Shown in pieces: positions 1 through 11,962 of a DNA stretch of 64,000 nt. The DNA is from Heteronotia binoei (taxonomy: Eukaryota). The notes below the pieces were generated by a model. It searched no databases. It saw nothing but the letters and a program-made list of their open reading frames with translations, and was not told the DNA's origin. How positions within the stretch are numbered: the stretch's first letter is position 1; every line of letters starts with the position of its first letter. Position numbers and translations under genes: made by a program. The stretch lies in the NCBI RefSeq assembly GCF_032191835.1, contig NC_083228.1, positions 29,016,001 to 29,080,000 on the forward strand, given 5' to 3'.

Positions 1-1631
1 GTTATCATTTTCTCAGCCAGCAAAAGAGAACATCAATAAGATCTGAATGCAGCTCAAAGCTGGAAGTAACAGCAGGGGCAGCTAACAACTCACACACAGT
101 GCAACCAGCTGCTCCCCTCTCCCTTCTTCCTTTCCCAGCCTTGCCTCTTCCTAAATCATCAGATCGGAGGGAACACAGATTCGGTGTCAATATTAACTGT
201 AAAGAGGCCAGGCCCTACTTCAAGCTGAGGTTGCAGCACATTTGCATCACACTGCAAAACATCGACAGATGTTTCGAATGCTTACAGGATGCAAGAGAAA
301 GACCCCTGCCTGGCTCCTTAGGTTCAAGATTCTTTAATTCTTTTGCAAAGCATATCTACAAATGCATGCTGAAAAGTTCTACAAGCCATTCCCCCCTCCC
401 CCAATTCACATTCCACAATCCCTTTCAACAATGCTTATTTTGGACTATGGGTCTTGTCTCCCCTATCATTAACTGCAACTTCAAAATACATCTTTAAAGT
501 ACCAAGCTCTGAAGCAAATTATAATTTGATTTCAGTTAATTACAAGTGAGCGCTTCTGAAGCAGAGCAAACAGCGTCCTAAAAACCATGTGCTGGGTGTA
601 CTTATGAGCAGCTGAACAGACAGACAAACTACTGTCAGTTACAAAAAATGAAGACCCACCATCAGCTTTCAGCCAAGTGTTGGCTGGATACCTTGTCCTA
701 AGGGCTTAGCTTCACATTAAAAGACCACCCACAAGAGATCTGATGCTAAAGCATTGTCCAGAGAGATAAACAATGGAATGTTTCGGTGGGGAGGGCGGGA
801 TATAAATTAAAAGTATTATTATTATTATTATTATGTAAAGGTGTACAAGTTGGTTATACTTGCAATTAAACCTGGGAAGTGAAGAAGTGGTAAAACCTTT
901 CATTTTCACCATGCTTTTCTGAAGCCAGAAATAAAAGGAGTATGCACACTAAAATAATTGCCAATCCAACTGCGTATATTTAGGCCGCAACCCTCGATTT
1001 ACTCAACTTGAACAAGCAACTATGGAAAGGGGCTGTGAGGACCACAACAGACATATGTTTCTGCCGCAAAAATTCTCTTTAATAAATACACTGAGCAAAC
1101 ATAAAATGTCTGGTTCCAGAGCAACATGCAGCTTAAGAGCAAGAACTGGAAAAAGCCAATAGCCCTTAAAAAAAAAAAAAGTCCACACCTCTTTAGGGCT
1201 CCCCCAGAACACACATGCAGACTAACACAATTTCTGACGGAGCTCACTGCAACAGCCAGTTCCGAACCTTCAACACCAAGGACTACCAAAAGGAGAGAAA
1301 ACTAAGGATTTCTGCACCTTCCGTTCTTGCTTTTCTGTCACTGCTATTGGGGGAACAATTTTTCTTTGTGGATGCACTACATGGGGGTGTCCCGTTTTAC
1401 TCAAAATGGAATCACTTCCACATAAATTGGTTAGGAGGGTGGCTGCTGGCCCGGCCCAGTCTCGGGTCCTGCTGTCGAGATGGATTACAACCTCCTACTA
1501 AAATCGTTATGGGAACCTAGGCAGGTGTAGGGTTCATATACAGAGTCAGACCTTTGGGATTACAGGATCCTGATCTCCTGTCCCAATGGATTCAAAAGGA
1601 CACACTTCTACGCAAAAGGGTGCACAAGACT

Positions 1632-1787
1632 CAGGGCTGGCTCTGCCACTAGGCAAAGTAGGTGACTGCCTAGGGCGCCAGCCTTCTAGATGCTCAGAAT
1701 TGGGTGCCCCCGTGTGACTTGGTGATGTTATCACTGCGGGAGGGGGGGGCACCAGAAGTTAGCCTTGCCTAAGGTGCCAGACAGCCC
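1632..1787. mobile_element. hAT-type MITE, 3'-eroded copy of the 57577-57739 family
   Basis: Starts CAGGGCTGGC and is co-linear with 57577-57739 (CCACTAGGCAAA...GCCTAGGG...AGAAGTTAGCCTTGCCTA.GGTGCC). The right TIR is degraded. Confidence 0.8.
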
Positions 1788-2249
1788 TCACAAGGCTGCT
1801 GATGTCCCTTGTTAGAGATGCCTGGTTCCAAGGAGACCATTAGCTCCGAATATCAGACCAACAAATACCGGGGCCATAGTGCAGGGGGGAGGGGCCCTTG
1901 GGTCCACGCCCCCTCCTGAATGTGCCCCGCCCCCTCCTCTTCCATTCCCCCCCTCAGAGGAAGATGCTGCTCTGCGACATCAGGGTCCGCATCCCTGGGA
2001 TGGAGGGAACCAAAGATTTAAAACGTCCTTAGAAATGAGAGGGTGCGGCACCTCATTTTAGAGTTTTGAAAACACACTTTGCGAAGTTCCCATTAAGGCG
2101 TTCAGAAGGAGCGAAGGTTCAGAAACGGGGGTTACCCTTCCTTGGTGGAGCCAACAGCCTACAAAGGAAGTAGCCGGCACCCCCCTGCCGTCACCCTCTA
2201 AATGAGAACGGACGGGAAAGGAGGACCAGGCCGCTCTCGCTGCACACTG

Positions 2250-4500
2250 GCTACGGAGGGGGCGGCCAGCCAGGCTCGTCTTTGTCGCTTCCTTTCTGCC
2301 TTCCTTCCTAGTCCGTCTTTCTCGTCCCCGGCCCGATTCCGTGCACGTTGACCCGCAAGACACAATGTTGCCCAGTCCCGCCGGCCCTACTCTCAAGTAA
2401 GCGCCGAGCCCAGGATGCCAGCCGAACGTCAAAATCACCCCACGGTGGATTCCCGGAGACTGACGTCCCGTGGAGTTCGGTGGGATAGATTTCCAGACCC
2501 AACAGTGCAAAGCAATCCGGGTTGAAACAAAGTCCCCCTCTCAGTTCCAACCGCGCTCAGCATCAGCAGCCCCCGAAGGCTGGCCCAGAAGCCTCCTTCT
2601 CTGGCGGCTGGCAAAGGGAGGGAGAGCGAAACTTTCCCGAGGAGGCGCAGAACAGCCGTCCCTTCTCGCGCTCTTCCCAAGTGCAATCAGCAGAGAAGCG
2701 CCAGCCCAGAACCACTGAGCCTCACTGAATGAACGCAGCAGCGGAGGCTTTTTTCCTTCCCGGTAAAAGACTCCGGAGATCGGGCTCGGCACTTCACTGG
2801 AGAGCCGGCGCGCTCTCGCCACTTCTCACCGGTCCTTGGAAACAGAGACCGGCCTGCTCCCTCCCTCCCTCCTTCCCCAATGGCCAGCGTCAAGAGAAAC
2901 TGCTCCGCTGCGGTGGCATCCGCGGGCACACTCGAGCCAGCCGGCCCGTCAGCCTTCCCCTCGGCTCTCCCCCCTCCCCTCCCCGCCCCGCTGAATAGCA
3001 ACGGCGCTTGGGGGTTTCAGTTGCTGCGAGGGAGTTTATTTCGCGCCCGCAGGGGGAGAGCCGCCGCCACAGGGAGCGAGAAACCCAGTCATTTCCCCCT
3101 TCTTCTACTTCGCCTGCTGCGAGTCTGTTGTTAAAGTCCGACGCCGCTGAAATGCGCAGAGCAGGGGGGATTCAGGCGAGGCAGAAGGGAAGGGAGAGGC
3201 TCGGGAAGTCCGGGGGAAACTTTCCTGACTGAGGGAAGGTGGGGCGGCGGGGAGAGAAGAAGGAAGGGAAGCCGCCGCAGCCCTCCAGCCGCCCCCTCAG
3301 CCAAAGCTGCGAACCCGCCGAAAGTGTCGCCCTCGGGCCGCGGCGCACCCAACCGCCCGCGTTCTCACGAGCCGGCCGCTCCGCTTACCTGCCCGGCAAA
3401 GCCTCAGGTTGCTGATGCCCACCCAAAGCAGCAGGACGATCACGCCGCGGGCAGGAACTCCCCGGCTCCAGGGGGAAGGCATCGCTCTGGGCAGAAGGAT
3501 GCCGTGTCTCTCCCTTCTTCTGCTTCCTCCTCTTGGCGTTTCTGCTCCTGCTCTCCCGGGCAACCCCTCCAAAGCTCCAGCTTCGGCCCCCGAAGCCCCC
3601 AAGACTTTCCCAGGTCCCGATCCACGCTTGGGGAGAAGGTGGGTCCCTGTTACGGGAAGGGAGCCGAGGGAGAAAGCGGGTCCTCTCCGCCGCTGGAATC
3701 CTCCGGTGCCGGTGCCAGGCTGCCTACCGCCTCCTCGCTCCGCAAGTTGGGGACCAAGGCGCAGCCGGGTCAAAGAGGCTGCTGCGGAGCTCTCATGGCC
3801 ACCGAGCCGGCGCTAGTTGGCTGGCTAGCGCTGCTGCTGCTGCTGTTGCTTAGCGAGCTGCTCGCTTCCTACCCCTGCCCAGCCTCCTTCCACAATGCCA
3901 AGGTGTCCCGCACGCAAAGGAGCCCAGGAGCGAGGGGGACTGGAGGAGGGGCCCCGCCAGGGAGGCAGGCGACGGCCGCGGCGAGGCGAAAGGGGGGCAG
4001 CAGGGAGTGCGCGACGACCTACCGACCTCGGGCACAGAGAAGCGAGGCTGGGCGGAAAATGCGGCGGGGCGGAGCGGCTCTTACTGCCCGGAGTTGGATT
4101 TTCTTCGCTTGGCCCGGAGTAACCCGAAGCTCACGTTCATGCTGCCCGATTCCGTGCCTGCCTGACCCGCCTCGGCCACTGAGACTCACTTGCAAGCGGA
4201 CTGGAGACTGGAGAAGGAAGTTTGCCGGTCCACGAAACTCCTTAACCTTCGCTTGGTTGTGTGTGGGGTGGGGTGTCCCACCTTCGCGACAAGTCTTTGG
4301 CGTCCAGATTCACGGAGGACGTTCTTTCCACACCAAGCAGCTGCCGCGCTTTTGGGAAACTAGTGGCAGGGGTCCTTGACACGGCTGCTTAGGAACATCT
4401 CTACCCCGTTCTCCCGGAATGTGTTTTGGCTGCGCTTGCCCAGCCGCTTCGCTTTCCCGGCTGGAGATGCCAGTCCCAAGCACGTGCGCCATTAGACTCT
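2250..4500. promoter_or_regulatory. CpG island / promoter region of the minus-strand gene
   Basis: Strong local rise in GC and CpG density against the AT-rich flanks. GC boxes (GGGCGG) at 4050-4055 and 4066-4072. Contains the ATG exon. Boundaries approximate. Confidence 0.85.
3389..3482 (-). CDS. First coding exon (signal peptide MPSPWSRGVPARGVIVLLLWVGISNLRLCRA + 1 nt) of an unidentified secreted or type I membrane protein gene that continues left of the window
   Basis: ATG with a purine at -3 (GAGCG ATG). Basic N-region, hydrophobic core VIVLLLWVGI and a small-residue cleavage site (C-R-A). Ends at a strong phase-1 donor CAG|GTAAGC (GT at 3388-3387). Lies in a CpG island. No downstream exon recognised in 1-3388. 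Confidence 0.75.
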
Positions 4501-4989
4501 GCATGCTTACTTGGAAAGAAGGCCGCAGCAGGTCTCAAACGGGGCCTACTCGTCGGTAGGTGACCGCAGAAATGGGATCCCATGCAAATCAGCAGCAGTT
4601 TACTTCCCAGTACAGGTTTATGGGGTAAGGCGATAAAAGTTAGATAGCTATTCACCCACCCACCGACCCCTCCTCAAAAAGGGTAATATTAAGCAGCCTA
4701 AGCAGGTCTACTCAGAAATAAGAATACTACTCAGGTATTAACTCCAAAGACACCCCTCCCGCCCCCCAACATTTTCCGGCCTACATTGTGATTGGCTGGA
4801 TGGTGAATAAATTCTGCATTTGGAGCTTTACTTGGAAACTTCAGAATGTATTTTCATGGAAAGAAGAGGTATGTTCTAAATTTGTTTGTTTTTAAGCGGA
4901 TCCCTGTCAAAGAATAACCAGAATGGTGCTCCTCGGTACAGAAACGGGGTGGATGCCAGCGTGCCCCTCATCTTATCCTAGAAACCTTC

Positions 4990-6478
4990 AACATGGCGAT
5001 TCAGGGATCTGCCCCTTCAATGGCTTACTTCTTTTCTCCAAGGTCGGGGTCAAGGAGTGGCTATAGGGGAGCAATCATCCCAGAAACACCCACTTGTATG
5101 TGGTGTGACTCAGGGGGTGGCTCTCTCCCCAATGCTGTTTTAACATCTACATGTGCCCCCTTGCCCAGATTGTCCAGAGATATGGGCTGGGTTGTCACCA
5201 GTATGTATGTAGATGACACCCAACTCTATTTATTGATGGGAGGCCAGTCCAGCTGAGCCCTGGAAGATCTGGACCTGGCATCGCAGGCCATAGTGAAATG
5301 GCTCAGACAGAGTCAACTGAAATTGAATCCAGCAAAGACAGAAGTCCTGTGCCTAGGTCGTGGCAGTCTGGGTAGAGAGATCCCTCTGCTGGCCTTTGAT
5401 GGGATGCCTGTGGTGCCAGCTCCAAGGATCAAGAGCTTAGGGGTGCTCCTGGAGCCTTTGCTGACTATGGAGGCCCAGGTAGCAGCCACTGCCAAATCTA
5501 CATTTTACCACCTTAGGTGGATAAGGCAGCTGCCTCCGTACCTGGAACGCGATGACCTGGCAACAGTGATTCATGCGACAGTCACCTCGAGATTAGACTA
5601 CTGTAACGCCCTCTACATGGGGCTGCCCTTGACTCAATTTTGAAGGCTGCAGCTAGTGTAATGCAACAGCCAGGTTACTAATGGAGCTACCTGTACGGGA
5701 ACACATTCAACCTGCGCTGGAAACGTTACACTGGTTGCCTGTGGCATTCCGGATTCAAGGTGCTGGTCATAACCTTTAAAGCCTTATATGGCCCGGGACC
5801 TGTCTACTTTTGGGACCTCCTCTCCCCATGCGTACGCCCGGGACCTGTCTACTTTTGGGACCTCCTCTCCCCATACGTACCCCCAGGGGCGGATCTAGGG
5901 GGGACAGAGGGGGTGCTTGCCCCAGGTGCCACCGGAGGGGGACCCCAAATTGGGTATGGAGTCCATTCTATTCTATGGGCCCAAAAGGTAGAATAGGTCC
6001 ATAAGGGGGTGCCAGTTTTTAATTTTGCCCCCTCAAAACATGTAGATCCGGTCCTTTGTACCCCAGAGAGCACTACGTTCAGGATCCCAAAATCTCCTTA
6101 AGATCCCCGGACTGAAAGAAGTTCAATTGTCGACCATCAGAGCCAGAGCGTTCTCAGTAATAGCCCCCGCTCTGCAGAATGCCCTCCCCGGAAACATCAG
6201 GGCCTGTAAGACCGAACTGTTCAAACTTGCTTTTTACAGTTAAGGGGAAGTGGCTATTATTCCACAGTACTTACAATCTCACTGAACTAACATAACTGAA
6301 ACAAGAAACATCAGAATAATTAGAACATTCACGTGCATCTTGAACTTTTAATGACTATATTATGGAAATGATTTTATTTGTTTTTAATATTTGATGTTGT
6401 TTTTATTTGTTGTTAGTTGCCCTGAGCCCATCAAGGTAGGGTGGGATATAAATCTGATTAAATAAATAATGTGTGCAG
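4990..6478 (+). mobile_element. 5'-truncated L2-clade LINE, decayed, interrupted by a MITE
   Basis: RT C-terminal motifs YVDDTQLY, LKLNPAKTEVL, TVIHATVTSRLDYCNALYMGLP (ORFs 4993-5256, 5293-5643) with stops and frameshifts. 3' tail GCCCTGAGCC...GGGATATAAAT...AATAAATAA at ~6419-6478. Confidence 0.9.
5884..6056. mobile_element. hAT-type MITE inserted in L2
   Basis: TIRs CAGGGGCGGATCTA / TAGATCCGGTCCTT. 8-bp TSD CGTACCCC (5876-5883) / TGTACCCC (6057-6064). The L2 sequence resumes after it. Confidence 0.85.
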
Positions 6479-6683
6479 AAATCTGAAGGATGCTCATGGA
6501 GGAATAACATTCCGAATGGCTTTAAAGGGCTTTTCACTAACGTTAAGTCAGGTTTTTGTGTGTGTTTCTGGCCATGGCTTGTGTGAGCCTTTTCAGTCTT
6601 TCTGTTCTGATCAACTAGAAGGAGCATTTCAGTCTGTAGCATGGCCCTGATCTTTACTAACATGTCGATGCTGTTGGATTGTA

Positions 6684-6912
6684 GAGACCTGCCTGTGAGG
6701 TGTAGTGGCTGGATCTAGAAGACCAAGTTCAAATCCCCACTCTGTCCTGGAAGCTTGCTGGGTGATCTTGGGCCAGTCACAGACACTCAGTCTAACCTCC
6801 CTCACAGGGTTGTTGTGAGGAGAAAATGGAGGAGAATGATGGAAGCTGCTTTGGGTCCCCCCCGGGAAGACAGGCACTAAATGAAGTCACTATAAATGAA
6901 GTCAATAAAATG
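6684..6912 (+). mobile_element. tRNA-derived SINE
   Basis: A-box-like GGTGTAGTGG and B-box-like GTTCAAATCC. Body GGAAGCTTGCTGGGTGATCTTGGGCCAGTC shared with 13671-13770 and 15375-15660. Confidence 0.85.
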
Positions 6913-7164
6913 AGTTAATGAATGCTTTGGTGACACTCCAGGGATAGACAGCACACTCAGGAAGCCAGCCAAAGCAGGACTGCTCGGAATTAAGGCTCAT
7001 GCTATTCAATGCAGCCTGATGGAGCAATCCGAAACAAAATTACATCCTTCTACGACCATTGATGCCAGCGGTCTCAGAAAGGGGATAACTCTGTTAGGAT
7101 TAGAAAAGTAAAACACAGTTGTTTATTATGGTATTCGGATAGGATTAGAAAAGAACAAGAGTCC

Positions 7165-7240
7165 AGTAGGACCTTAAAGACTAACAAAATTTGTGGCAGG
7201 GGATGAACTTTTGTGAGTCACTGCTCACTTCAGATACTTT
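7165..7240 (-). mobile_element. Penelope-like terminal remnant with decayed hammerhead core
   Basis: GAGTCCAGTAG.ACCTTAAAGACTAACAAAATTTG... is homologous to 62120-62345 and 35180-35400. Minus strand reads CTGAAG-TGAGCAGTGACTCAC-AAAAGTTCAT. Confidence 0.65.
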
Positions 7241-7364
7241 GACCTATCTTCTTAGGATTGCACTGTAAATGTATTTACTCAGAAGTAAATTCCACATATG
7301 AGTCTTACTAGGGAAGGAAAAGAGAAAGTCTACAGAAGTCGCACCGGTGTACTTATTTTACATC

Positions 7365-7521
7365 NNNNNNNNNNNNNNNNNNNNNNNNNNNNNNNNNNNN
7401 NNNNNNNNNNNNNNNNNNNNNNNNNNNNNNNNNNNNNNNNNNNNNNNNNNNNNNNNNNNNNNNNNNNNNNNNNNNNNNNNNNNNNNNNNNNNNNNNNNNN
7501 NNNNNNNNNNNNNNNNNNNNN
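7365..7521. other. Assembly gap (N run)
   Basis: 157 consecutive N. Confidence 1.
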
Positions 7522-9339
7522 TTTTCCATGATGGGCTCATTGTTATTGCTGGGCAAGGGGTGAGGGCAGGACCTCAATACCTTCTTTGCCTTCAAGAGCC
7601 ACATCACGTGGCACAAACTTCCTATGTAAATGTTAGTTGTGTGTGTCTGTACATGCACTTGCCTTTTTATGCATGGTAAACACCACCTGGAATTCACACC
7701 ATTTTCTACATAGAAGTGACCACCCCCACACACACTTCAGCCCTTAGAGAAGGACAAACAATGCCAGTCTTCAGCCTATTAAGGTCAAATGTCCTGTCTT
7801 TTACCAAGGATAACTTTTGAGGATGGGGTACAATCATGAGAAAATATAATCTCTGGTCTCTCTCTTTTCTCTCTCCTTCCCCTTTTCAGGGTGTCTGCCT
7901 CCCCTCCAAGCAAGTATAGTTGTTATATTATAAGGGGGAAATAGAGGTCATGGGGGTCTCGAAGTAGCAGGAAGCGCTCTGGCCTTTGTGGATTTTGTTT
8001 TGTCTGTTACTGATCAAAGCAGAAAAGAGTAATGTTACTGGGGATGGGGAGTAGAATCCATAGCAGAAAAAGAAATCACTCCTTTGCTCCCCACTCCCCA
8101 AACCACTGGTTTTTAAAAAAAAAAATCTGAAAGAGATAAGAAAGATGGACTCTTTGTACACTGCCAATCACATTTAACACATCTTTTCTCCTGACTTGAA
8201 AGAGGTGTTATTGAGTTCCGTGATGGGATTTGGCCAGTGGAAAAAAAAACAGATGGGATTGATCTGAGGGAAGAAGTCATGACCACAAGTAGAAGTCATC
8301 TTCAGAAGCTCTCAGTTTGGGCACACTTTAGCACCGCACAGAATTTTCATATGTGAATATATCAGCTCCTTGTGGGAAACTTGCATGTAAAAAACATGCA
8401 TACCACCAGATGTGACAGAGGTTCCCATTCTAAATACATGGTATAACAAGCATATATGCTGGGAAGCATGCATATTCATATTACCAATGGAACCTATCTC
8501 CAGGTCACCTCTTGTGGTGTAAACTGAATTGCATTTATTTTTTACTTTCCAGTTTTCCCAATTTGACAATAAAGAGTCCCCAAGACACCTTTCATTTCTG
8601 CCCTGCTGGAATATATATTTATTTCACTGGTATCTGAAGCTGAAGAACAAGGTTATGCGGAAAATCTGAATTCTCCTGGTACAGCTTTGTTTTTTTTTAA
8701 TGAAGCTTCAACACACTGCTAATTTGATTAGAAAAGTTATGTGTGGGGGGTGTCTTTAGTGCACCAACCATTTGCTGAAATCACACACACCTTAGGTTCC
8801 TCTCCCTAGAACTACATTTCTTTTAAAACAAACAAATAAATAAAAGTTGGGAGAGCCAACTGTGGATCTTCTGGTTACTACTTTGATGAGAGACCATGAA
8901 GGAAGTCCAGGGTTGCTAAGCCGAGGCAGGCAATGACAAATCACTTCTGTTCACCTGTTGCCCTGAAAACCCCATGAAGTCACTATAATTTGGCTGTGAA
9001 GGGAGGGAGGGAGGAAGGATGGAAGACAGACTTCTGAGTAGTCTCCTTCCCAAGGAGTAACTGAGACCTGTTTAGTTTCAACTGTGTACGAATATTATGT
9101 ACCTTAGATCACATATGAATTTCTGCTAGAAAAGTGATAAATGTATTAAAAATGTGCATCATCATTTACAAAGACCATGACATATCCCTCATGCAGATAT
9201 CAGCAACAAAGAAGAACACGTGATATTATCTTGCCCCTGGTATTATGGGGTTGGGCACGTGCACCTTCATATAAATACATACATAAATACTTGGGAGGGA
9301 CTAGTTTTAACAGAAGAATAAATTGATACAGTTCATTCT

Positions 9340-10370
9340 ATCTCTATCTGTTGATGGACAGCCACCCAGACTCTGCCCCAGACCATCTAACCAGGGCGCT
9401 GGAAGCAGTGGCTGGTTGGCTGCAACTGAGCCGGCTGAAGCTTAATCCAACTAAGACGCAGGTCTTGTACTTGGGTCGGGGTGGGGTGGCTAAGATTGGG
9501 CATCCGGATGCCACCCTTTCTATGGAGACCCAGGTCACAGCTGCTGCACGATCTGCCTTTTACCATTTTTGGCAGGCCAAGCAACTAGCACCCTATCTGG
9601 CCCCTCAAGACTTAGCTACAGTGATCCATGCAACAGTCACTTCCAGGCTAGACTACTATAACTCGCTCTACGCAGGCTTGCCCTTGAGGCTGATCCGGAA
9701 GCTCCAGCTGGTGCAGAATGCAACAGCACGATTGCTGTCTGAATCGCCTGTATGGGTGACCAGTCGGCCAATGCTGCGCAGTTTGCACTGGCTACCAATT
9801 GAGTACCGGATCCGCTTCAAGGTTTTAGTACTGACATTTAAAGCCTTGCATGGCCTGGGACCGGCATACCTGTGAGACCATCTCTCCCCGTATGAGCCCC
9901 AGAGGTCATTATGATCGTCCAGCCAACCTCTTCTGACCATCCCTGGCCCAAGGGACGTCCCGCTTGCCTTGACCAGGGCCAGGGCTTTCTCGGCCCTGGC
10001 CCCAACCTGGTGGAATCAGCTCCGTGTGGAGGTTCGGGCCCCCACCGATTTGTTACCATTCCGGCAGGCCTGTAAGATGGAGCTGTTCCATCGGACCTAT
10101 GGCTGAGGTGGACAGACGTTCTTATCATTTAAATCCCCCCCTGCGCTGATTGCTTAAATCCAATATAGCTGAGATTTTTAAACATCTAGGTTGGGACAAG
10201 TATGCCTAATTGATCTGTCCACACCATCCATGCCGCCTTAACCAATGTGAGCTGTGGCTTAATTGTCTTAATTTTAAACTGTTTTGATTGTTTTATTATG
10301 TTGGAAGCTGCCCTGAGCCCACTATGGGAAAGGGCGCCCTATAAATCTATGGAAATAAATAAATAAATAA
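9340..10370 (+). mobile_element. 5'-truncated L2-clade LINE
   Basis: ORF 9351-9875 has WLQLSRLKLNPTKTQVL, TVTSRLDYYNSLYAGLP, LQLVQNATARLL and LHWLPIEYRIRFK. 3' tail ...GCCCTGAGCCC...CTATAAATC...(AAAT)n ending ~10370. Confidence 0.92.
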
Positions 10371-11962
10371 AATTCCATTCCACCATGACTCTAAGCCACA
10401 TCAGTTTCAAATCCTGGTTAGCCTTAACTGTGATAAATGTAGGTAATGAAACACTGTATTGTACAATGCAGTACAATCTTTTAAGCCTATGGGATTCAAT
10501 GGGTCTGGAAGGATTAACTCTTTGTAGGATTGCATAGGTATGAAGCACAGTTAAGGGGATAGCTGGAAATTGGCTTTCAAGATTTGAGGGGTTGGGCCGT
10601 TCAGAGATACCTGCTTCATTATGCTTGGATAAACTGCCAGGATTTCCAGTTTTCCTTTATGTTTTCAGCCTAGTGAGGCAAAGTCAAACCCAGATGTCGT
10701 TTTCCATCTTTCCCATTTCCCCTTAGTGCTGCACCCCACTGAAAACCACAGGAACAGCAAGGGGATGCAAATTGTGGCAAAGTTTCCCATGGGAGGGGAA
10801 ATTGGCCACAATAACCCCCCTCCTTCCACTGGTAGAAAACAAGCTTTGAATCCAGCTTTTTGGACCTCCTTGTGAAAGAGTTCCACCACTTTAGTTCTGT
10901 ACAACCACAGTGGCTTTCAGGCGTTTTGATGGGTGCTTGGTCGGAAAACACTCTATGACAGAGTCTTCCTGGCAAAGTGAGTTGCTGCAGTGTTGCCTTT
11001 ATCCATGAATACCCAGGGCCCAGATTGGTCGGCTTAATCAGCCTCTGTCTAGTCCAACAGGCAGCAGCTCCGTGGGGCCTCTGGTCAAAGGTCTTCGTCT
11101 CTGTTCTGAAAAAGAGAAGATAACATCTACCAGGTCAGGTTGCTGCTGAGGGCAAACAAGAAGACTATGACAACTCTGTGTTCTTGAGAAGGTCCATACA
11201 AGGGGATCATTAATAACCCTTGTAATGGTGCAGCTGGAGAAATCACACCTGCCAGACATCTCTCCTGCCACACAGCCATCCAAGAGGCAAAGGAATGCTT
11301 CCAGCCAGGAGAGAGGTTAGATCTATACCTCCTCCCGGCACCAAAGATTAGACAGAGTCCCCATTTCCCTGGGCAGAGTCCCCATTTCTCTGTGGTTTAA
11401 GCGGCTGGCAAGGGGATCACAACCATCCAGCTCTTTTGTTATCTACAATCCGATGCCTTCCCTTGATAGCCCTTCAGTGTCAAATATAGCTGCTTTTGAG
11501 CTGGTGCCAATGGAGGCAGGCTGGGGAGGGGGGTTTACACTCACTCCTGCAATGTTTTTGACAGTCCTTTTCATGTAATGATTCCGATTCCGTAGCCTGC
11601 TCCTCCACACACTCCCTGCCAAATGGCGGGATAAGCTTTTTGGTTTTGTTTTAATTGCTATATTGTTTGGGTAAGGAACATTTGCACCTGCCTAGTATAA
11701 CATCCTCCCATTGAGCCAGCTAATCCAGTGCAGTGTGAGCAGCATCAGCAGTTCTTTCAGGGTCTCCAGCCAGGGTTTGTGCCAGCCTGCCTATTGATCT
11801 GTTCAGCAGCTGCAAATGCCAGAGACTTAACTGGGGATTTCAGGAAGGCACCCCAAAGCCCTTCCTAGCAGGTGCCTCAGGTGGATAGGTGAGTCTGGAA
11901 TCCCATCTTGTTGGTGGCTCTTTCTTGATTGAGAGAACCTCTGTGTCAGACTAGGATCTAGG

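Noticed and set aside
3389-3902. Head-to-head COL4A-type gene pair (plus-strand leader ends in K at phase 0, as in COL4A1/COL4A3)
   Set aside because: No Gly-X-Y exons seen in the window. The minus-strand exon's phase and sequence do not fit COL4A2/4/6 as I recall them, and the plus-strand donor is weak. No gene symbol assigned.
3324-4379. 351-aa plus-strand ORF and the other overlapping ORFs at 2.0-4.5 kb
   Set aside because: Low-complexity Pro/Gly/Arg/Ala translations expected from stop-poor CpG-island DNA. No domain recognised, and they overlap the better-supported minus-strand exon.
7298-7733. ORFs spanning the N run (also 44166-45091)
   Set aside because: Artefacts of translating through assembly gaps and low-complexity sequence.
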